A stretch of 4,976 bases of DNA, from IMG/VR virus record IMGVR_UViG_2585427766_000004; one strand, 5' to 3'. Of the stretch, positions 1-4,976 are shown piece after piece. This stretch comes from a virus. Taxonomy: Duplodnaviria; Heunggongvirae; Uroviricota; Caudoviricetes. A program made the translations under genes and the position numbers. Within the stretch, counting starts at the first letter, position 1; each line of letters starts with the position of its first letter. The notes under the pieces are model-generated. The model saw only the letters and a program-made list of their open reading frames with translations, did no database searches and was not told the origin of the DNA.

Positions 1-233
1 ATTTGCTCCGCAATAATCTGGCTCTGGTTGTTCGGGTCAACACTCAGAAGATTCAGCGGCGCGATGCGTTTCTGGTTAATCAGTTTTGTCTGTGCCGGGT
101 CTGGTGTCGGCAAGACACCATTCGCATCACCAACGGCCATTTGCGTCAGATTCAGCTTACTGCCAAGCATCGTCGCGTTAGCCAGCCGTGCTGCGCCCTG
201 ATTAGTCAGAATGGCGTAGTATTTCACTGTCAT
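1..233 (-). CDS. H: Tail fiber protein, P2 gpH-like; N-terminal 77 codons only, gene continues past the window edge at position 1
   Basis: Not in the ORF track because it is truncated. The reverse complement of 1..233 reads as an open frame from ATG (233..231): MTVKYYAILTNQGAARLANATMLGSKLNLTQMAVGDANGVLPTPDPAQTKLINQKRIAPLNLLSVDPNNQSQIIAEQ, with no stop. The pattern (G-A-A-[KR]-L-A...M-A-V-G-D) matches the conserved N-terminal region of P2-type tail fibers as I recall it. The ATG overlaps the TGA stop of the upstream gene I (ATGA), and the position after V-W-J-I is the canonical one. Confidence 0.8.
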   Translation of the reverse strand, partial: MTVKYYAILTNQGAARLANATMLGSKLNLTQMAVGDANGVLPTPDPAQTKLINQKRIAPLNLLSVDPNNQSQIIAEQ

Positions 234-838
234 GCGTTTACTCTCAGGTTATCAATTAAATGAATGGCCGAGGCCGGGAAATAATCCCCTCCGACAATAA
301 TGGCCTCCGGGGTGTAGGGATAAACCGTCAGGGCATCGCCGTGATAGCATCCCGTACCAACGAAAATCTTTCCGTTCACACTCAGGCTGATCGCCAGCCC
401 CGTCAGATGGCGACTTACTGGTTTTGCATCCGCAATAAGGCGCTCAAGTTCCTGATACATTTCATCGGTGATGCCCTGATCAAGTACTCCGACAACAATG
501 CGAAATGTTCCTGGCTCCTCGTTGAGTTGCCACCACTCCTTTACTTCAATCAGGTAGCCGAGAGGCTCCACGGCTCTTCGCAGTGCGCTGATGGTCCCTT
601 TGTGTCGGTGTATCAGCCATGCATCACGAATCACCTGTCGCTTTGTCTCTTCCGGCCAGTTGCGATCCCAGCGGTCAACGGAAAATGCCCAGGCGAGATA
701 AGGCAGCAGGTGCACCGGGCAGGTGTCCGGCGACCACAGCGTGTTGAGGTCTACCGGGATGTCTGTAATGCGCGTTCCGACAGCTTCGGCACAACGCATG
801 AAATTGCTGGCTGATGGTGGTAACAGTGAATTACTCAT
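230..838 (-). CDS. I: Baseplate assembly / tail protein I (P2 gpI-like), about 202 aa
   Basis: ORF 230..871 translates to ...MSNSLLPPSASNFMRCAEAVGTRITDIPVDLNTLWSPDTCPVHLLPYLAWAFSVDRWDRNWPEETKRQVIRDAWLIHRHKGTISALRRAVEPLGYLIEVKEWW..., which fits the P2 gpI family. The ORF-track start at 871 is a GTG; I prefer the first ATG at 838, which is preceded by AAGGTGG 8 nt upstream and overlaps the J stop by only 8 nt. Confidence 0.85.
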   Translation of the reverse strand: MSNSLLPPSASNFMRCAEAVGTRITDIPVDLNTLWSPDTCPVHLLPYLAWAFSVDRWDRNWPEETKRQVIRDAWLIHRHKGTISALRRAVEPLGYLIEVKEWWQLNEEPGTFRIVVGVLDQGITDEMYQELERLIADAKPVSRHLTGLAISLSVNGKIFVGTGCYHGDALTVYPYTPEAIIVGGDYFPASAIHLIDNLRVNA

Positions 839-1727
839 TGCGCCCACCTTCGCTGATGGTGAACGACTCACAGCGCGCCGCCTGTATGTCGCTGATGGCC
901 ATATTCTGTGTGGGTTCGATTATCTCCACACGTTGCACACCGTGCACATGCAGTGCGGCAGCAATGGCGGACAACGCCACGTCCTGACCGATAAGCCCCT
1001 GCTCAGCCAGCCACTTCCTGAACGACGATTCCGCCGCAGCCAGAATAGGTTCGGATTCCGGACCGGGGTAAAAGTACAGTTTTGCATTTAGCCGCCATGT
1101 CACGATTCTGGCGCGCTGTACAGTAAGGCGGTCGGCCACCGGGCGGGTATCCTCTGCATTCAGAACGGCGCGAACGGTATTAAGCAACGCCTCCGTTGCT
1201 GTGCCGTCGCCTTCAGTGGACAGGATGGAAACCGTCACATTTGCCGGAGACGGACTGATAGCCCGCGCATCACGCACCAGACCGCTGGCGCTGCGGGCAA
1301 AATACTCGTATGCACCTGACGGGCCAGCAACGCTCAGACCGTCATACGCCCGCTGCGCCCGCAGTCTCAGCGAGGTGTCGCTCTCCATCACCGCGTCGGT
1401 GGTACCCGTTGCCGGAGTGATGGTCAGGCGCTTTGTGTTCATATTGCCCGCGAGATTGTCCAGGTCTGTTCCGGCGCTGTGGCTTAACATGCAGGCGCGT
1501 GCACCCTCATTAACCCGCTGGCGTAACAGCATTTCACGAAAAGACATGGTTTGAGCGATAACGTTCAGGGGTTCCGATTCCAGCTCCAGCGCGGCGGAGA
1601 CGGCTTCACGCTGTTCGGCAGGATAGGACGCAATCATCATGGCCTTTGTGTCAGCCAGAATTGCCTCAAAATCAGGCTTCGCGATGATGGCGGGTTCCGG
1701 TAACTGGGAAAGGTCAACAGCAGGCAT
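831..1727 (-). CDS. J: Baseplate assembly protein J (P2 gpJ-like), 298 aa
   Basis: ATG at 1727 preceded by GAGGGAG. The protein begins MPAVDLSQLPEP and contains ...LELESEPL...RQRVNEGARA...TKRLTITPA...DAVMESDTSLRLRAQ...GLSVAGPSGAYEYFARSASG...SPSPANVTVSILS...TRPVADRLTVQ...LYFYPGPESEPI...GVQRVE..., characteristic of the baseplate J family. Size and position between W and I match P2. Confidence 0.9.
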   Translation of the reverse strand: MPAVDLSQLPEPAIIAKPDFEAILADTKAMMIASYPAEQREAVSAALELESEPLNVIAQTMSFREMLLRQRVNEGARACMLSHSAGTDLDNLAGNMNTKRLTITPATGTTDAVMESDTSLRLRAQRAYDGLSVAGPSGAYEYFARSASGLVRDARAISPSPANVTVSILSTEGDGTATEALLNTVRAVLNAEDTRPVADRLTVQRARIVTWRLNAKLYFYPGPESEPILAAAESSFRKWLAEQGLIGQDVALSAIAAALHVHGVQRVEIIEPTQNMAISDIQAARCESFTISEGGRNE

Positions 1728-1730
1728 GAT

Positions 1731-2081
1731 TTACTCCCTCAGCGTGATGGTTAACTCAACATTCTGCATGGTCTGCATGACAGTGCCCGACAGCGTCACC
1801 CCGGCGCGGCCTCCTGCCTTCCAGACAACGTCGATGGCGTCCAGGGCAATGCGGGGTTCCCATCGTGTCAGCGCAATCACGGCAGCACTCATGCATTGCA
1901 GACGCGTGGTGTTATTCATGGGTTCGTCAATCAAATCAGGTACAAGGCTGCCATATTCCCGTCGCATAACCCGGCTGGCCAGCGGGGTGGTCAGGATGTC
2001 CCTGACTGACTGTTTCAGGTGCTCCGTATCGTTCAGGTTTCCCGTCCCGTCCGGATTCATTCCTGTGTAGCGGGTTGTCAC
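1731..2081 (-). CDS. W: Baseplate wedge protein W (P2 gpW / GPW-gp25 family), 116 aa
   Basis: Protein MTTRYTGMNPDG...LKQSVRDILTTPLASRVMRREYGSLVPDLIDEP...LTRWEPRIALDAIDV...VTLSGTV..., of gpW size and motif pattern. The start is GTG (2081..2079) with AGGAGG 6 nt upstream, and it overlaps the V stop (GTGA). Confidence 0.85.
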   Translation of the reverse strand: MTTRYTGMNPDGTGNLNDTEHLKQSVRDILTTPLASRVMRREYGSLVPDLIDEPMNNTTRLQCMSAAVIALTRWEPRIALDAIDVVWKAGGRAGVTLSGTVMQTMQNVELTITLRE

Positions 2082-2659
2082 TGCGGGCCTCCTGTCGAAT
2101 CGCTGCCACCTTTAACGCCACCGTGCTTATGCGTATGCACTGTGATGCCGTTTGAGGTGAAATCGCCGCCGCTGTGCGTGATATTGCCGCTCATCTTTCC
2201 CCCTTTTGTGACGTCAAGCGTCTCCGTTCTCAGAAGGTTTGTGCATTCCACGACGGGCGTGTCCAGTTTCACGCTGACGGATGCCTGTAAAGTGGCCGTT
2301 TTTATGCCGCTGGCGCTCAGTGCGCCTGCGTCCGCGTCGTAGCGGAACACCGCGCCGTCCGGCGCGCTGATCACGATTTCTTTCAGGCTTTTGCCGGGGG
2401 CCGGACTGGCATCACTCCACAGGCTGCCAATTATCATGGCGGTTTCCGGGTTGCCGCCAATGCAGGCAATTACTACCTGTTCGCCTAGTGATGGCGGCAG
2501 CCACACATTGAAGGCTCCCGCGCGCGTGGTGTTCCAGCGCAGCCAGCCTGTTTCCAGTTCGCCGCTGCGAACGCGCACGCGCCAGGACTTCTCATCAACT
2601 TCAGAGATGATCCCGGTGCGGATGATATTGCTCAGCAGTCGCATGAGTTCTGCGCTCAC
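2078..2659 (-). CDS. V: Baseplate central spike / assembly protein V (P2 gpV-like), 193 aa
   Basis: Protein ...NIIRTGIISEVD...GELETGWLRWNTTRAGAFNVWLPPSLGEQVVI...ISAPDGAVFRYDADAGALSASGIKTATLQAS...LDTPVVECTNLL...KGGKMSGNITHSGGDFTSNGITVHTHKHGG... matches the gpV fold description, including the C-terminal HxH tip. The start is GTG (2659..2657) with GGAGG 7 nt upstream, overlapping the S stop (GTGA). Confidence 0.9.
   Translation of the reverse strand: MSAELMRLLSNIIRTGIISEVDEKSWRVRVRSGELETGWLRWNTTRAGAFNVWLPPSLGEQVVIACIGGNPETAMIIGSLWSDASPAPGKSLKEIVISAPDGAVFRYDADAGALSASGIKTATLQASVSVKLDTPVVECTNLLRTETLDVTKGGKMSGNITHSGGDFTSNGITVHTHKHGGVKGGSDSTGGPQ
2088..2093 (-). promoter_or_regulatory. Shine-Dalgarno (AGGAGG) for gene W, embedded in the 3' end of V
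   Basis: Minus strand reads ACAGGAGGCCCGCA-GTG, with a 6-nt spacer to the GTG start at 2081. Confidence 0.5.
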
Positions 2660-3291
2660 CGTACAGCCTCCGCAATCCGGCCCAGCACCGTGTTATAAAT
2701 CAGGCGCTCATCTGCCTGGCTGATACCCAACAGCTCACGTACCGGGTAATCGGTGAAAATGCCCGGCGCAACCTGATCGCGCTCACCGAACTGATGAACG
2801 CGTGCAATACGTGCGGCCACGCCGCTGTAACCTACCGTCACACCGGAGGCATCTGCACGGGCTTTCAGGTAGCGGGCGGTGCGCAGTTTTACGAACATGG
2901 GGACGCGCTTTGTGCTGTCCTGGTTGATGCGCCGGGTGCGTATTTCCAGAAAACGGTCGATGTCATCCCGGTAAAACGTGCGGATATTGTTTTTATCCTC
3001 ATCCCACCCGGTGATGGTTCGCCCGTATTTCCCCGTGTCGTGATGCCAGTTTTTCAGCGTGCGTGCTTCGTTATTCCAGATAAAGCGAATGCGTTCCTGT
3101 ATCCGGGTTACGCGGCGTCTGCGTGGTGTCCACGCGGTCCCGTCCGGCGCTTTCTGTGACCGGATACGCGCCTGCTGGGCGCGGCGTAAATCCTGTGCCA
3201 GCTTTCTGGCGATGTTATTGATGGCCTGCTGATTCAGGCTGTCGCGGATGGCCTCAAAGGTTTCATCCACGCGGGTGAATGCCTTATCCAT
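2656..3291 (-). CDS. S: Tail completion / virion morphogenesis protein S-like (Phage_tail_S family), about 211 aa, apparently expanded
   Basis: Contains RIRSQKAPDGTAWTPRRRR near the N-terminus and GYSGVAARIARVHQFGERDQVAPG...YPVRELLGISQADERL near the C-terminus, which I recognise as the two conserved blocks of gpS-type proteins. It sits in the S position between R and V. The first ATG is at 3291 (8-nt overlap with the R stop); a GTG at 3300 is the alternative start. Confidence 0.75.
   Translation of the reverse strand: MDKAFTRVDETFEAIRDSLNQQAINNIARKLAQDLRRAQQARIRSQKAPDGTAWTPRRRRVTRIQERIRFIWNNEARTLKNWHHDTGKYGRTITGWDEDKNNIRTFYRDDIDRFLEIRTRRINQDSTKRVPMFVKLRTARYLKARADASGVTVGYSGVAARIARVHQFGERDQVAPGIFTDYPVRELLGISQADERLIYNTVLGRIAEAVR
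2667..2671 (-). promoter_or_regulatory. Shine-Dalgarno (GGAGG) for gene V, embedded in the 3' end of S
   Basis: Minus strand reads GCGGAGGCTGTACG-GTG, with a 7-nt spacer to the GTG start at 2659. Confidence 0.5.
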
Positions 3292-3751
3292 CGCTTTCAC
3301 CCCACGTCACATCCTGGAATACATGCGACCAGTCGCCTTCGGAAGATGGCAGGCGGGGTTTTGGCTCCGGCAGGTGTTCTGCCTGCGGTGTGCCCTGACT
3401 GTTGCGCGTGATGCGAACGCGTTCCCGCAGGGGGAGCGTAAACAGGAGATCGGCGCTGTCATCGTCATTGATAACGGCGGAGAATTTGATGTCCTGATTA
3501 CGCTCAGGGTTGAGCAACAACTGTGGCTGATTTTCGGATAACCACGCCAGCAGCGGCAGCGTGAGGTCGTCCAGCTCTCCGGCGTAATCCATGACAAACA
3601 TCACCATCTGATAGCGGTAAACAAACGAGGGCGTTTCCCCGGTCGTTTCAATGTTGCCGCTCTCCACGAAAATGGTGAATTTCTCGGGATTAGCCTGGCA
3701 CCACCGACACCCATGAAGCATGGACTCTCGCAGACTGTTTGTCTTAAACAT
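3284..3751 (-). CDS. R: Tail completion protein R-like (P2 gpR family), 155 aa
   Basis: ATG at 3751 with AGGAG 10 nt upstream (GGAGAG leaves an 8-nt spacer). The protein MFKTNSLRESML...NPEKFTIFVESGNIET...DYAGELDDLTLPLLAWLSENQPQLL... matches the gpR pattern as I recall it (LR..L...NP..IFV.NG.I...D..G..D.L..P.LAWL.ENQP). It is exactly gpR length and in the R position upstream of S. Confidence 0.75.
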   Translation of the reverse strand: MFKTNSLRESMLHGCRWCQANPEKFTIFVESGNIETTGETPSFVYRYQMVMFVMDYAGELDDLTLPLLAWLSENQPQLLLNPERNQDIKFSAVINDDDSADLLFTLPLRERVRITRNSQGTPQAEHLPEPKPRLPSSEGDWSHVFQDVTWGESDG

Positions 3752-3761
3752 CTGTTTTGCT

Positions 3762-3766
3762 CTCCT
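3762..3766 (-). promoter_or_regulatory. Shine-Dalgarno (AGGAG) for gene R in the 23-nt nanS-R intergenic spacer
   Basis: Minus-strand sequence between the nanS stop and the R ATG reads AGGAAGAGCAGGAGAGCAAAACAG-ATG. Confidence 0.5.
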
Positions 3767-3774
3767 GCTCTTCC

Positions 3775-4976
3775 TTATGCTGCGGGATTATTGATTTCCA
3801 GCACCAGGCTGCCGATATCGACGCCATACGTTGCATTTTTGGTAATATCCGTCAGCGTCAGCGCATTCAGCCCCAGTGTCAGACTGTCTTTTATGACCTG
3901 GAATGCCGGGCCAGCCACTCCATTCAGTTTCGGAGTAACCGTGGCACTGCCGGCGGTGAACACCAGCTCCAGCGTCTGCCAGTCGTTACTGTAATTCCCG
4001 AACTCGCCCAACTTTGTGTTTCCGGCTTTCTTGTGATGCATCAGATTCAGTTTGCCGTCTGTGGTCTGGGTGAAGAACGACATCAGGAACGGGTTACCAG
4101 TCCCGGTCATCGCCACGACGTCAGGTAACGCTACATCGGTATACAGATAAATTCCCAGACCGAACTGGTTGTTGGTCAGTGCGCCTGACAGTCGAAACTT
4201 ACAGCTCAGTCTGCCACCCCGTGTCAGCAGGGAGACTGCGTCATCCACCGGATGCATCAGGGACCAGGTTTTATTGCTCTGCTTGGTAACCTTAAACACA
4301 CCATCTTCCAGCGCAACACTGCCGCCGGTGATGGTCCAGCCCTGCGCAGCAGCCTCTCCGGCTGTCGGCAGCAGGGAGACTGTACGAACGGATGTGTCAC
4401 CATCAGACGGCCCCGATGGAGTGTCGCCGCCGGGCGAGGGTTTAATCTCCGGTGCGGTACCGCTGATGAAGGCGCTGGTTCGACCAACTGCGTTCAGAAT
4501 AGCGGTTGCCAGGCGATCCGAAATAATGCCCCTGCGCGCCCATGAACTGAAATGTGTCGGACGATTTGACGATACCCAATTACCATTACTACGGGATTGC
4601 GCGCCGTAATAACCTGCATCAGCAATATCCGGGTCTTCTGCCGGTAAGTTGGTGGGCGTGTTGTTGCCGTTACCGTCGGTCATGAACGGCACAAAGAAAA
4701 CGTTGTCGCTCTCCCTGTTTTTGTACGCGCCGTAGACGGAGTCATACTGTGTGCCGTATGTGTTTTTCCAGTAATACGTCGTGTCGCCACAAATCCACGG
4801 TACAACTGCAGCACTGCCGCCATGGCACTGCGCGTTAAATCCGGAAAGGTCAGTACGGAACTGCTTCAGCATGGCCGTGAACAGGTCCGGTTGCTGTGCG
4901 TAGGTGGCAGCGCTCATGTCAAATTCGCCCTGCATCCAGCACACCGCCAGCAACACATTTTTCGGGTTCTTCTGTA
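3775..4976 (-). CDS. nanS: NanS-type sialate (9-O-acetyl-N-acetylneuraminate) O-acetylesterase, prophage NanS-p-like; 5'-truncated by the window edge; C-terminal part of the SASA esterase domain plus a linker and a roughly 200-aa C-terminal domain
   Basis: The frame is open to the window edge; the ORF-track start at 4956 is only a GTG, and in-frame codons continue upstream (QKNPKNV...). Translation shows motifs shared with E. coli NanS/YjhS: CWMQGEFD, PWICGDTTYYWK, YGAYKN, NLPAEDPD, GYYGAQSRS, HFSSWARRGIISDR. This is followed by a P/G/S/D-rich linker and about 200 further residues. TAA stop at 3775..3777. Confidence 0.8.
   Translation of the reverse strand, partial: QKNPKNVLLAVCWMQGEFDMSAATYAQQPDLFTAMLKQFRTDLSGFNAQCHGGSAAVVPWICGDTTYYWKNTYGTQYDSVYGAYKNRESDNVFFVPFMTDGNGNNTPTNLPAEDPDIADAGYYGAQSRSNGNWVSSNRPTHFSSWARRGIISDRLATAILNAVGRTSAFISGTAPEIKPSPGGDTPSGPSDGDTSVRTVSLLPTAGEAAAQGWTITGGSVALEDGVFKVTKQSNKTWSLMHPVDDAVSLLTRGGRLSCKFRLSGALTNNQFGLGIYLYTDVALPDVVAMTGTGNPFLMSFFTQTTDGKLNLMHHKKAGNTKLGEFGNYSNDWQTLELVFTAGSATVTPKLNGVAGPAFQVIKDSLTLGLNALTLTDITKNATYGVDIGSLVLEINNPAA

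Noticed and set aside
838-871. Longer N-terminus for gene I starting at GTG 871 (41-nt overlap with J)
   Set aside because: The first ATG at 838 has a good AAGGTGG SD 8 nt upstream and gives the MSNSLLPP-type N-terminus expected for gpI; the GTG start would require a long overlap with J. Not excluded, but less likely.
2060-2081. Internal ATG (2060) as the W start instead of GTG 2081
   Set aside because: GTG at 2081 has an AGGAGG SD at ideal spacing and forms the GTGA coupling overlap with V; the ATG at 2060 has AGGA immediately adjacent with no spacer.
1936-2121. Minus-strand 61-aa ORF spanning the V/W junction in a different frame
   Set aside because: Fully nested within the V and W coding sequences in an alternative frame; no SD-start context noted and no recognisable motif. 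Likely spurious.
3291-3300. GTG start for S at 3300 (17-nt overlap with R)
   Set aside because: An ATG at 3291 lies three codons downstream and gives the common 8-nt stop/start overlap. Either start is possible; the difference is three residues.
3307-3597. Minus-strand 96-aa ORF inside R in another frame
   Set aside because: Nested in the R coding region; the Cys/Arg/Ser-rich composition is typical of an out-of-frame read of coding DNA.
3752-3774. Possible prophage boundary or att site between the esterase and the tail genes
   Set aside because: Only 23 nt, occupied by an SD sequence. There is no repeat or tRNA fragment, and no space for an attachment core plus regulatory elements.
4387-4461. 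GC-rich, Pro/Gly/Ser-coding stretch that could be mistaken for a simple DNA repeat
   Set aside because: No exact tandem nucleotide repeat unit is visible; it reads as an interdomain linker within the esterase ORF.
4257-4487. Minus-strand 76-aa ORF inside the esterase gene
   Set aside because: Alternative frame within the esterase C-terminal domain and linker; Arg/Pro-rich translation with no motif.
3-4609. All plus-strand ORFs in the track (3..263, 260..814, 723..1091, 1201..1554, 1639..2070, 2019..2342, 2391..2723, 2794..3159, 3248..3541, 3713..3994, 3757..4128, 4169..4609, 4252..4545)
   Set aside because: Each lies antisense to a minus-strand gene with recognisable phage-protein motifs. 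Their translations are low-complexity and rich in R/S/C/P, as expected for antisense frames, with no recognisable motifs. Treated as shadow ORFs.
1-4976. CRISPR arrays, tRNA/rRNA genes, IS elements, long inverted or direct repeats
   Set aside because: None seen on reading both strands; the window is almost entirely protein-coding on the minus strand, with intergenic space of 26 nt or less.

Overview
The whole window is one co-directional block of minus-strand genes: the late (tail/baseplate) operon of a P2-like myovirus prophage, probably in an enterobacterial host. Reading in the direction of transcription (high to low coordinates): a 5'-truncated NanS-type sialate O-acetylesterase gene with a long C-terminal extension (3775..4976), then tail completion genes R and S, baseplate spike V, baseplate wedge W, baseplate J and I, and the first 77 codons of tail fiber H running off the window at position 1. 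The genes are tightly packed, with 4-8 nt start/stop overlaps and Shine-Dalgarno motifs inside the upstream gene. The tail genes are conventional; the item worth a second look is the esterase cargo gene sitting 23 nt upstream of R inside the structural operon. Secondary items are an apparently expanded S protein and the His-rich tip of V. No tRNA, rRNA, CRISPR array, IS element, integrase or att site is visible. All plus-strand ORFs in the track look like antisense shadows. All homology calls rest on motifs recognised by eye and from memory; no database search or alignment was run.
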